Made by a program: the position numbers and the translations under genes. Shown here piece by piece: positions 12,875-24,500 of a stretch of DNA of 50,623 bases; position 1 is the stretch's first letter, and the number at the start of each line of letters is the position of its first letter. The notes under the pieces were generated by a model that was given only the letters and a program-made list of their open reading frames with translations, did no database searches and was not told the origin of the DNA. Source of the DNA: Phoronis australis (lineage: Eukaryota; Animalia; Phoronida). The stretch spans positions 1 to 50,623 of the forward strand of contig NMRA01001136.1 in the NCBI GenBank assembly GCA_002633005.1, in the 5' to 3' direction.

Positions 12875-14584
12875 TCACGCAAACAAGTGTAACGTGCGGC
12901 GCGACCCTGTTTGCTGCTCATTCAAAATAGGCTTCTCAAAAGCAATTAAAAGGGACTCTAATACTTTCAAACGCAGCACATCTTGCTCCACGTAGCGAAT
13001 TGACGTGTTTTCCACAATTTCTTGACGGGTGATTTTACGTGCGTGGTATTGCAGAAAATGATCTTGAATGGCGCCATTTTGAAGATGCATGGATAACCGA
13101 CGGGAAAGACTGCAAACCGTTTGACCAATGTAACATTGTTTGACGTTTGAACGAAGACATTCGTTCATAGGGCATACAAATTCATAAACAACACTACACT
13201 GTGCAACGGGGCGGACTTTCGCTTTAGAAATGTTATTTTTCATGACCAAGTTGGAGGACTTCCTATTCCGATAATAAATAATAACATCAAGGTAATCATC
13301 AGGCTTACAAACTTTAACGTTGTCCCTTATGATTTTCTTAATGGCGTGTTCGTCCTGGAGGTAATTATTAGACATGACATTTTTGTAAAATATCTTTTTG
13401 GTGACACCAGTCCGACGTGCAGGGACTTCATAGCTAATTCTGGACATAAATCGCTTAATATGGAAGTCCACGAAAGCATTGGTATACCCATTATTCACCA
13501 GTGTTTGTCTTATGCGATCTACCTCTTGATTGAACAATAGCCAGTTAGACGACACCGAATACGCCCTCTTTAGGAAGTTGACCACAACGGCGACCTTATA
13601 CCGCTCAGGGCACTCACTTTTGGCGTGGAGACAGAAACCTTTATCAGTGGGCTTGTGGTAAACTGATGTAGAAAATTCAGACGGAGAATGGTTCACAAGA
13701 ACGTCCAAAAACGGAATCTTGTCATTTACAGGAAGCTCGTGGGTAAACTTCAATACAGAGTGGCGCTCAAGTTCATCACGTACTGATAACAAGTCATCAA
13801 AGGCACAATAAACAAAAATATCATCTACATAACGTACATAGATAGGAATACCACCAATCACATTGCTAGCCCTCTTTTCCACTTCAGACATATAAAATTC
13901 CGAGAAAGTGGGACCCAGAGGAGAGCCCATGCTCACACCATCTTTTTGCAAAAACAATTTCCCATTTATATGGCGAAATGGTACTTTGGTTGTGCAGATG
14001 GTTAACAACTCTCTCAAATGAGTAGGTGAAATGTCGGGTGGCTTTAAATGTGGGTGACGGTATACATTATCCAAAATGATAGTAATGGTCTCATCCACCG
14101 GCACGTTGGTGAACAAAGACTCAGCGTCAAGCGACATAGGTTGGTAGTGGGGGGATGGCACTTGTGTGCGCAAAATGTCAATAAAATCCTCACGACATTT
14201 AATGGAGTAACGGCTCTGAATGTACGGCTTTATGATTTTATCAAGATGCTTCGCTGTCTTGTACGTGGGCGTCAGGACTTGGGATATTATCGGCCGTAGA
14301 GGAACATCTTTTTTGTGTATTTTAGGGTTACCATAGAGATAACCTTCGGAGTAATCACCTTCGATTTCGGAGAAAATGCGACGACCAGCCTCAGCATTTA
14401 TAGCCCTAATGTGACGATTCAATTCACGTTTAAGGTCAATGAGGGGTGACCGACTAATGCTGGTAAACTTGGAAGGGTCACATATTAATAGACTAAGTTT
14501 ATCGGAATAGTCCTCTTTGTTTAAAATAACATACTGGGCAGACTTGTCGGCGCGGCGAATAGCAATACCATCATTATTCTTGAG
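12875..14584 (-). CDS. PLE reverse transcriptase + GIY-YIG endonuclease (N-terminally truncated, open frame)
   Basis: Motifs IAIRRADK, YGNPKIHK..PLRPIIS, SLDAESLFTNVP, GVSMGSPLGP, RYVDD, then VVYEFVCP...YIGQT..SLSRRL..H and LESLLI...P.LN. I read the frame open from 14584, upstream of the listed start at 14422, to the stop at 12875. Confidence 0.95.
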   Translation of the reverse strand, partial: LKNNDGIAIRRADKSAQYVILNKEDYSDKLSLLICDPSKFTSISRSPLIDLKRELNRHIRAINAEAGRRIFSEIEGDYSEGYLYGNPKIHKKDVPLRPIISQVLTPTYKTAKHLDKIIKPYIQSRYSIKCREDFIDILRTQVPSPHYQPMSLDAESLFTNVPVDETITIILDNVYRHPHLKPPDISPTHLRELLTICTTKVPFRHINGKLFLQKDGVSMGSPLGPTFSEFYMSEVEKRASNVIGGIPIYVRYVDDIFVYCAFDDLLSVRDELERHSVLKFTHELPVNDKIPFLDVLVNHSPSEFSTSVYHKPTDKGFCLHAKSECPERYKVAVVVNFLKRAYSVSSNWLLFNQEVDRIRQTLVNNGYTNAFVDFHIKRFMSRISYEVPARRTGVTKKIFYKNVMSNNYLQDEHAIKKIIRDNVKVCKPDDYLDVIIYYRNRKSSNLVMKNNISKAKVRPVAQCSVVYEFVCPMNECLRSNVKQCYIGQTVCSLSRRLSMHLQNGAIQDHFLQYHARKITRQEIVENTSIRYVEQDVLRLKVLESLLIAFEKPILNEQQTGSRRTLHLFA

Positions 14585-15797
14585 TATGTTTCGAAATATC
14601 GTGTGTCTTTTAATTATGTCGCTAGGTCAGTTACTGTATCTATGTTCAGTAGAGAGTAGAGTTTTGTTCAGAAAGTATGAACGCAACGGAATAAAGACCG
14701 TGAACAATGAAAAGTGTCGTGCATTCAACAAATACTTCACTATGCACACTCATACACCACGCGCAGAGTTGTAAGTGCGCATACGCAATTGTGTTCTAGT
14801 TCTTATTCTTCTTATTCTTCTTCCGACAAACTTTGAGGCTTTTATTGAAATAACTCCAAATTGGGTGCAGCTACGTTCATTAAATTCAGTATATCATTTT
14901 TGACAGTACATAAATTTTGATTCGTTATATAATCATATTCCATTTTGCACCGGAAGAGGTCATTTGGTGCAAAGGTCATATAATTTTCAAAATGCTACTC
15001 CTTCTTTATTTTAAAAGCTATTCTTTTCAAATTCGGTACACATATATAAGTCAATAAGGCATTAAATATACTTTCACGGACTTTTCAATAGTTCTACTAA
15101 ATGGGCTTATAATGCACTGGATAGGGTCAATTAGTGCAAAGGTCATCTACTTTTGAAAATCTTATTTCTTCAAAATTTTTCAAGGAATTCTCTTCAGTTC
15201 CAGCACATTGGTGTAAACCTACATGCCAATGAAATACCCTACTTTACTACGCAATAGGGTCATCCAATCAGAGAAAATAGGTCAAAGGTCATTGAGTGCA
15301 AACTAAAATTTTGAGCTAGACACTTCAAATTCACAAGTCTGATTGGTACGTCTAATTCAATTTGAAATATGAAGTTTCAGGTCATTTAGTGCAACCATGG
15401 GGTCATTAGGTGCATTTTTCTTCTGAAAATATGTCCTTTTCATTCACCAATTATTATGATGTGTCAACCGTTAGACAACTGTGATTCTCAGCATTAAACA
15501 CACTTTTCACGGGCTTTGCAACGATTCTCCTCAAGACGCTTATAATGCATCGGATAGGGTCAATTAGTGCAAAGGTCATTTAACGTTCAAAATGTTATAT
15601 CTCCTACATTTTTCAAGGAATTCTTTTCAAGTTTAGCAAACTGGTGTAAGTCACCATGCCAATCGAACGTGCTACTTTACTATGCAATAGGCCTAAGCAA
15701 TCAGAAAAATAGGTCGAAGGTCAATGAGTGCAAACTAAAATCTTGAGCTAGAGACTTCAAAATTACATATCTGTTTAGTAAATGTGATTGAGTTTGA

Positions 15798-15975
15798 ATT
15801 CTAAATTATCAGGTCATTTGGTGCACCCATGGGGTCATTAGGTGCATTTTTTCTGAAAGTTTGACCAATTCATTCATGTAGTATTCTAAATTATCAGGTC
15901 ATTTGGTGCACCCATGGGGTCATTAGGTGCATTTTTTCTGAAAGTTTGACCAATTCATTCATGTAGTATTCTAAA
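15798..15975. repeat. Perfect 85-bp tandem duplication within HINE unit 5
   Basis: 'attctaaattatcaggtcatttggtgcacccatgggg...ttcatgtagt' starts at both 15798 and 15883. Confidence 0.9.
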
Positions 15976-18656
15976 GTGCTTCAAGTAAAACATCTGTGAT
16001 TCTTAGCATTAACCACACTTTTAATCGAGTTTACAATTATTCCCTCATCCGGGCTCATAATGCACCGAAAGAGGTCAGTTAGTGGAAAGGTCATCAAAAT
16101 ATGAACATGTTATTTTTCCTACAATTTTAAAGAATTCCTTTTCATATTGGTATACGGGTTGCTGTCAGTAACTTCCTATAACAATTGCAGTAATACGCAC
16201 GCGCAGAGTCATTATTGTCACGCCGTGACAATAATCTTTCTAGTTGGAATTTGCCATTATATTTTCGATTCTACTCAGCTGTAATTTAGGCTTGCGTACA
16301 TATTGGCTTACGTGGGTAACCGACAATTCCTAGTTTTCACTTAATGACCCAACATTACGGCTAAAATTTAAAGTATTTATTCGAAATTAAAGCTCGATTC
16401 TATGAGTTAATTAAGAGACAAGTAGAATGAAAAATGAATGCCAAAAATAATCTCGAGTTCCATTTCGAGAAAACGATTTGACCCGGCGTCTGATGTAGAC
16501 ATATAACAGCTTTCAGCAAAATGAAAATTGCACGATCCCTTATTAAGTAGACAACAAAGGCAGTCTCATTTATAAATGCGTATGCGGCCATCTTGCCATG
16601 TATCCAGTAACGCTAATTCCAAGCGAATTTATCATATTTTCTTGAAGCTATAGGTGTATCGTAGTAATGAATCAGTTATGACGTACTATTCACGAAATTT
16701 AAATGCTTCTAGCAGACAGTGCAAGACGATACAGTACCATATGGCCAACCGCACGCCTACCATACACTACCATACGGCCAACCGCATGCCTACGATTCAA
16801 AACAAAATTCATTCCAGAATAAACACTGGCGTTAGATGGTCGTTACACGAACGCCATTGGATATCGATTTTTCTTTGCAGTAGTAAAATAACGCTTATTG
16901 ACAACGTCATAAAAAGTTACCGCTTTAAGAATTCCATCGAAAAACATGGCTTTGAACCAAACCGGTTGTACCACAACACGGCTTACTGTATATGCCACTG
17001 AATGGAGGGCGTTCCGAACTGACCTTTTTGATAACAAAGATATGCATTTTTTTCTGCGCATGCTCCGTTCATTGATCATAATCAACTAAAGAATTTGATG
17101 TAGTACACCTGCATATATATACTAGTACGAAAAAGTCGCAATAGCACAAGATACTTACTGCGACAAGGTTATAGCCAGAGAAGCACAGTAATTACAGGAC
17201 GGCGTCGAGATGAACGGTTTGCTGAAAGTCATCACTGTGACAGTTTTAGTCATTTGGAAAGTTTTACTTTTGAAAACATTTTTATCGAAATGGAATAAAA
17301 TAAAACGAAATTTATTCGTGGTAACTTCCCATAAATTAATAGCCGGCGTTGTGGTTATTTACCACATAGACCTGACATTCTACGGATGACCCGGAAAAAT
17401 TTGCAACAGAAGGTTTTATTGCATAAATCGTATCCTCTCATACCCCTTACTGTGAGGAAAAAGTCTACCGGAATCGGAGTGCCGGAAGTTGGTTTTTCAA
17501 GATGGCGGACAAAATGGCCGCCAGCATTACAGATTACCATTATAACTTGAGAGTGGCATGTGATAGGGTAAAAATTCAAAAAAGTTTACCTATCTTTCAT
17601 GGGTCAACAAATCCATTGGAAATAGTTTTGCATCGTTGTGGTGACACCGTCCACTATTTTCCAAGATGGCCGCTAAAAGTACTTCGAGTCACACAACTTT
17701 GCACGCACAAATTAGTGTGTCGTCTTGCTTCAAACATTGCATCATAGGTTTTCTGGGTCGACTAATCTATTGAGACTCATTGCATTTGGCTCTAATGATT
17801 ACTTCAACCATTTCCAAGATGGCGGACAAAATGGCCGCCAGATTTGCAGATGACCATTATAACTCGAGAATGGAATGTGATAGAATAAAAATTCAGAAAG
17901 GTTTACCTATCTTTTGTGGGTCAACAAATTCATTGGAAATAATTTTGCATGGCTGTGGTGACACCATCCGCCATTTTCCAAGATGGCCTCCAAAATTATT
18001 TCGAGTCGCACAACTTCGCACGAACAGATTAGTATGTCGTCTTGCTTCAAATATTGCATCATAAGTTTTCTGGGTCAACTAATCCATTGAGACTCATTGG
18101 ATTTGGCTCTACTGATTACTTCCACCATTTTCTAAGATGGCCACCAAATAGTTGTTTCATGTAAGAGCTTCAGATTCCAGAGACATGCCATCTTCACAGA
18201 TTTGATATTCTGAATTTTTTTTTGGTCAGCACGACCATTTTTCTGGCTCTGATGATTACGACTACCATTTTCAAGATTGTTTAACGAATAATAACTTATT
18301 TTGGTGAAAAACATCAGGTTCGCCTGGACTGAAGGATCATTCTCCTCCTGAAATAATGTGCTGTATCGAAAATAACTTTCTGCGTTCAATTTAGTGATCT
18401 ACTATCCACACCGTCTGTATCACCTCTAGTTAGCTGTAAATGCTAGTGAATACAGCAACAGTTGAGACAGGAGAAAGATTTAGCAAGGTATGTTTAGCAA
18501 GTTAAACAGTTTATAATATAGGTGCTTGCACAGCTCCCACTAGGCGTCTCTTTAGTGACGTTACAAGTCTGTCTGAATCAGTCATTCTCAGTCTGTGATC
18601 AAAATCTGTACACAATAAACCAATATTTACACAACTAATCTCTGTCAACTGAGAAT

Positions 18657-18803
18657 CATGGGCGGCGCACCATAGGGGGCTGAAGGGGAGGGGTTATAGC
18701 CCCACTTTTTTCAGTGCTACGCCGCACGTGGACTATAGGCGGTGCACCACAGGTGGGCTGAGGGGATTTAGCCCCCCAATTTTTCAGTGCAGCGTCGCCC
18801 ATG
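18657..18803. mobile_element. MITE (CATGGGCG family) nested in the Academ element
   Basis: TIR CATGGGCGGCGC / GCGTCGCCCATG, 5-bp TSD AGAAT (18652-18656, 18804-18808), internal two-unit repeat. Confidence 0.8.
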
Positions 18804-18808
18804 AGAAT

Positions 18809-21500
18809 GAATTGTTGCAGCTTAAACCGCGGCATTCTCCACATGCAAGCGAGCACGGCAATCCTAACTTCTTGCAAGAACATATCTTGGACTGCAGTTG
18901 GTCTTACACGAGCATCTTACTACTTTCAGCAGGTTCTCTGGTGCTGCTGACTTGTCTGTCGTCGTGGGAATGAATTTTCCACCTGCCAGCATCTGTCCCC
19001 AATACAACGAGTCTAGGCCACTGCCATGGAAACTTGACCACTCTTGCTCTTGATAATATGTCTCGGCACAATGGAATTAAGCTACTGAAGAGAGTTAATG
19101 GTAATGACTGTATTTGGACTAGGGCTAGTCTGACACCTCATCTACAAATCGCCTGCATCGCAAGACATCCAAATTTCCAGAGCCAGACATACACACAACA
19201 CTTACCAGCTTCAAATATGTCTTGCTGCAGCTGCATGAGTCTAGTGAATACTCTAGCGTTTTCACAGAATTCTCGATCATGCAGTTTCTTGAATGGAAGA
19301 GCCTTTGCATACGCAAATGGCAAAACTGCGCAAGTTTTGGCTCCAAGAGACAACTGTAGATTCTTGGTATCCCAGACTCTCCTCTTGCTTTGGTGCCTCT
19401 TGTCAAATTTCGTGAACATTGGAAATTGTTGTGAAGTAGCATGGCAACACAAAAGAACCAACAAGTCTGTATCGTATGCAAGAAGGGTAGTTGGATCTTG
19501 TGCTGCGTTCTCCACTGCTGTTTCTTCAATTAAAACATCTGCGTCACCTTGAGTTTGTACCACTGTGCAGCATTGCCTAGCAAAACTTGACAAGAAGTGA
19601 ATGAATCATTGTTTGTTTTTGCTGTTTGTCAAAAACGTTCTGACATTGGTTTGATCACCATGTCACCATTGCAGTGAACTTCAGTTCCAACCACCCCACC
19701 CAAAATTTGAACATGGGAAACATCTGTGGTTGATGGTTCATCTCAGCAATCATCAAAAACAACAGTAGGCTGGGTGCACTTGCTGATGTAATCCACATAA
19801 GCTCTGCCAAACGACTGAAACGTTGGTCATGGAATACGGTGAAGGAGAGAACCGCCGTCGATTACATGCATCACCGTGTTTTTTGAAATCCTCAGATAGT
19901 CCCCCGCTGGACCAGACTGCATCAACTAATATTGATTTATTAGAGACTCTGGTAAGACCAGATGTATCAAAAAGAGCAGGGTAACCAACACACAGCTCAA
20001 ACTTCAAAAGGCTTCATGAACTTTCACTGTTGTCTTTTGCAGCTGTCAGTATTCGCTGAAGTAGCAGTCGTGGATCCACTTGTGTAGAATCAGTTAGCAA
20101 CCTGAACTGATTGACTTGTCATTGCCACAACCTAGTCTTTCTTTCTGAATGTGAAGTCTTTCACACTTGACCCCTCCATAGACAAGCGAATCGTCATCCC
20201 CACGTCTCTGCCATTTTCGGCATTGACGCATGTGCCTGCAGTCACACAAGTGACCATTTTTTTAAATGTTTCTCTTTAAAATGGGTTTCTGTTGTGGAGG
20301 AATTCAACAAGGCTGCGGATGTCTTTGTCGTCACGCGACTGTCTTGCCTGGGTACATTCTTTATGCTGCTGACATCTTTCACAACTCAAGTTTGTCACAG
20401 TCTGCATGGCAACATTTATACTTGAGCATGCCGGCAAGGAAAACAGCCACGGTGCACTCTGCGCATCTCTCATTTCCCAACCTCTAGTTAAAGCACTTGG
20501 TGATTTAATACTTTTCATGAGCGTTTTTTCAATTACAAGATCACATGACAACCCTGTCCAAAATCTGTCACTTTGTCTTATGACATCTGGACGTGTGTCT
20601 TTTGAGTTTCTGCGTCTGCTGCAAGTATATGCATGCAGATTTTGCAGAAGACTTGTGACCAGCAGCTGCAAAATAAGGCAGCATTTCAGAAACTGCTTTT
20701 AGGTGAAGCTCCCAATCTGACGTTATTTGTGCTTTTAAAACGTCGAAGGGTGTCAATCACTGTAGCCAAAGACTAATGATTTGACTTTGCAAGGACAAAT
20801 CTAATTTATGTGCTTCGATTTTTATGGATACCTACAAGACACTCCGACGTGCAAACATCGCCGCACACAGACGTCATGCAAGCAATAAGATCATCATACA
20901 GCTTCAGACCACCTCTCAAAACATCATCAAGTATATCATTGGCCATTGATTCTTCTGACAAACTATTCTCTGTCACTGCGAATTCTGAAGACCTATACTC
21001 CAATTCAGTCGTATTTGAATATACCAGTGGCAGTAAGTCGGAAGCCAGAAGTGAACTCTCATGAGGGTATTCCACTGTAATTCAAGGTTCAGAATCGGAA
21101 GACACTGGCTGTGCATTGCATACCACAGCGTATACATCTAGCTATAATGTGATCAGTTGGGATGGCTGAATAATCTGTCTCCATATTCTAACGAGCCAAC
21201 ATTGGAGTACAAGCATTGAATTGCTCCATCTCTTGGCAAGGAATCTGTGTGTTGGTGACATTCGGGACTCTTGGGATTTCTGAAGAACCGGAGCTTCTTT
21301 CGTCATTGGTTCTGGATTGACATTACTTGATCTGTCAATATTTGGAAGTGGAACATAAGGATCACACTGTTTGATGCATGCACCGTCTCAAGAACTTTTT
21401 GAAGCTCTGTTCCTGACATTACATATCCAATACATCCCAGAAGGCTCATCTCAGTATGAAATCAGCCAAGCCTGGCTAAGAACAAGTGACTGCAGATCAC
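18809..21500 (-). pseudogene. Academ transposase / XPG-like nuclease / Cys8 zinc-finger pseudogene
   Basis: Fragments SDWELHLKAVSEMLPYFAAAGH, RQSDRFWTGLSCDLVIEKTLMKSIKS, FELCVGYPALFDTSGL, GDADVLI...DTDLLVLL (XPG/FEN1-like acidic motifs) and C-terminal CSCKKLGLPCSLACGECRGLSCNN. Multiple frameshifts. Confidence 0.85.
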
Positions 21501-24500
21501 TGTCGTTTTGTTTGCTGGCGCTAATTTCCTCTAACATCAGTTACCTATTTTCATAAAAAGCATGCATATTAAACAAATTGTGAGTACTAAATGTTAAAAT
21601 TTAATTATTAACTTTTTGTTGCACAATTTTATTTGCTTTTCATCAAATTCAGACGAAATTAACAGCCAAATTCTCAACACATGCCAGCAGCTGACGAAAT
21701 CATTGCTTGGGAACATCTAATAATATCTCCAATAGCAGAGAAAAAAGCCACTTCCTGCCCAATTTTATTCAGGGTTAACTTTGTGTAATGAATAAGCCAA
21801 TAACTCCACCGTAATTTAATATTTTTCTAAGAAATATTATTGATACCTCAAATGAATATATTTTACAGAAAAATAATTGAGTGTGTGAAATTTATTATGA
21901 AAATTAAACTAAAGCCTTTTCTGAAAAACACAACAAATTTTTTGTTATGTAATCTAAAATGTGATTAAAATTTCACATTTAGTATCTAAATCTGAAGAAC
22001 AAATTCTACAAACAATCAACTCAATAACCCTGACTGTAGATTGTAAAATGGTTTTGCGTAAATGTCTATCAGGTTACAAAGAACGTAAATGCTTTAAACT
22101 GGGGTTTTGTGAGTTGGCGGCCATTTTGTCAGCCATCTTGATCTTTTTCTCTCTAACCATTGACCAATTGTAAGGTCCAGATATTTTCAATTGTCTAACT
22201 ATAAAAGAATAAAAGTTTTGGCATTTTCAGGGCAAAATATCAAAAGAAATCTTACAACATGTGCCAAATCGCCGTTTCGGCCGCCATTTTGTCGGCTATA
22301 TTGTTTTTTTCACTTAAAATTGAAATCTTTTGATTGGTATGCCTGTTACGAACAGTATAAAATCAATGACAAAATTTATTATTTTATTTCCAGATTTTAC
22401 ATATGAGCAACATGCCAGAAAGCAGTAAACACCGGTTTAGGCGGCCATTTTTTCCGCCATCTTGAAAAACCGACTTCCGCCACTCCGATTTCGGTAGACT
22501 TTTTTCTGGCTCCAAGGGATGTTTGAAGATGCCATTTATGCAAAAAAATTCTGTTGCAATTTTTTTCTAGGTTGGGCCCTCTGGAGCTTTAGAATGACTG
22601 GACTAACAGGCACATTTAATCTCATGGAACGCAATTTGGCCTGAATTTTGAAAATCAAAACCTTAACTCTCAGGTTGTTGTCGTGTCCAATAAAGCAATA
22701 GACAGAGTGGGTGTATGTTTCACCCATGAAACCTGGGGCAATTATCGTCCGTCTGCAATAATATGCCGACAATTCTGTATTGTACTCTGCCGTGAGCAAA
22801 CTCTGAAACTGGTGACTAGCTTTGCACGAGTTGGGAAGCCGCCACAAACCAACCATGTCCTGGTGTCAAAACACCAGCTTTCTTCTCTTTCGGCCACATA
22901 CTACCTCATCAACTGAACCTAACCCGACCGCCGTGGCAAGCATCTTTGCACCTGCCAGTGGAGTAAGGACCACCTGACGGTTCTTCTCAGGGCCGAGAAA
23001 TCATTTTCACTCTGAATAGGGAACAAAATGAAAATATAAAACAATGTGTGGCCTAAGTTGAAAGTTTGGTTTTGACGGCATGAGTGGACTTGTTACCTCT
23101 TTGATTAAATAGCTCACGATATCACTTAGCCAAATGGCACCCGCCCGGCACGTGAAGAGGAAAAATAGCCTTCTGATGGGGTCATGGTATGTCCTTACCA
23201 ACTCACCCCTCTTAAAATGAGTACATATGTGCGCTCTTGTTTATACTGGCAAAAGTAGATTCTTCTTCTTCAGTTCAATGTTTCATAAAACACATCTTCA
23301 TCATGTGTGGCGGACAAGGGGGAGAGGGACACATTTTTTCAAAGAGGTCTTGTTTACTTTTAGGTCGGTTCAAATACGATCAATATACGTACGACATACA
23401 GAAAGCAATTTTCAAATTTCTCTATGCCTTGCCATACCAAATAAGGAGACGTGCTTTGACGAGTGGGAAAAATCGACTTCTGTTTTCGATGGAGAGAACA
23501 GTTCAACTACCTAGAATAATGCGATTTAGTATGCCACTTTAATATTAAAAGGCCGCTGTTATTAAAATATCTCGTTTCCCAGTCCCATCCTCATTCCCCT
23601 GACGTAGGTAGGAATTATTTTATGTAAATTGTATACAATTTGCATTATTGATTATCACTGGGCAGCATTGATGCGTCTTGGGTATTGCATGTCGTGAACA
23701 CATCCACTACCACAAGAAACTGTAGGAACACCGCATTTATCCACCTTCACTCTTATCAGACTTCTATTGTCAGTCAGCATGCGTGAATAATTGGCTGATA
23801 AACCACCTCTGGAACTACTTTTGGCTGAATGGATGACAAGGCCATAAAATGTTAATTAGCCAAGACCAGTTACTAATGCAACAAAGAATAATGTCGTAGC
23901 ATCACCTAGCTTTGGTTGAAAGCTGTATACTGTATTGGCTCTAATAAACGCTTAGAAAAATTCATTTCACGGGGAGGGGACGCTCATTGTAGCCTACGGC
24001 AGTTGAAACCCGGTTTCCCAAACGGGTAAAATCGGAAGCTATTATTCATCAAATTTACGTTCTGTGACGTATTTGTAGCCTATAAAGTCTTTCTAAAAAT
24101 TGTGGTGCATTGCTATCAGCTTCCGTTGTTAAATTACGATAATTTTTCAAAAAATTGTGCTCATCACAGGGCGAAAACTTGCCGACTGATGCGTCTCTGA
24201 ATCGCGATCGTCAATAGGAAAACTTGAACTCTTGAATAAAAATATAGTTTCGACTTAACAAATTACCTGAAATCTTCCTCAAGTTTTACAATTTTTAAAG
24301 TTCATGTGGAGTCCAGACTAACTGCGATTAAGTCCAAATCTGCGCTACATCGTACCCCACAACACGAGAAAAATCTCTGGATGAACACACATGTTGTTGC
24401 CACGTGACGTTTGTTTTGAAGTTCGTCTGCGTATGAGAGTGAGTAAGCGTGCGTGTGCGGGTCATCGACGACAGACTTTTTCGTTACAAAAGGCGGAGGA

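Larger units (their letters stand above)
12561..14731 (-). mobile_element. 5'-truncated Penelope-like retroelement (PLE) with inverted pseudo-LTR
   Basis: 12-bp TSD ATACTTCACTAT (12549-12560, 14732-14743). 147-bp inverted repeat 12595-12741 / 14583-14729 with one mismatch seen. Interrupts HINE unit 4; the uninterrupted sister unit is at ~11520-11600. Confidence 0.95.
7695..16243 (+). mobile_element. Tandem array of five non-autonomous Helentron-type (HINE/DINE-1-like) units, order A-A-B-B-A
   Basis: 5' hairpin ACTCTGCGCGTGTAAGCGCAGAGT followed by (TTC/TTA)n. Each unit ends with the subterminal inverted repeat CACGCGCAGAGT, a stem-loop and CTAG|TT (CTAG at 8929, 10118, 11600, 14796, 16240). 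Inserted in a T-run with no TSD; empty site 'aaaagtatattt|ttgaaaatttcc' at ~50044. Confidence 0.85.
1..16740. repeat. Copy 1 of a large direct duplication (partner 40239-~50547), interrupted by copy-specific insertions
   Basis: Position 1 'acactttggatttcgtttatatgagaacacc' recurs at 40239. Colinear similarity runs through 1-6298, 7165-7694 and 16244-~16740. Paired ORF translations match (451-789 vs 40695-41048; 2537-2755 vs 42761-42979; 16400-16591 vs 50131-50397). Confidence 0.95.
17367..22605 (-). mobile_element. Academ (AcademX) DNA transposon with both termini and a decayed transposase
   Basis: 5'-TAG...CTA-3' termini, 3-bp TSD ACA (17364-17366, 22606-22608), ~155-165-bp imperfect TIRs (17367-~17522 vs ~22440-22605), ~318-bp subterminal tandem repeat at ~17495-18145, and coding fragments typical of Academ. 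Confidence 0.85.

Noticed and set aside
7695-16243. Repeat-spacer appearance suggesting a CRISPR array (also 37290-38200)
   Set aside because: The spacers are themselves repeated, the context is eukaryotic, no cas genes are present, and the ends fit Helentron-type elements.
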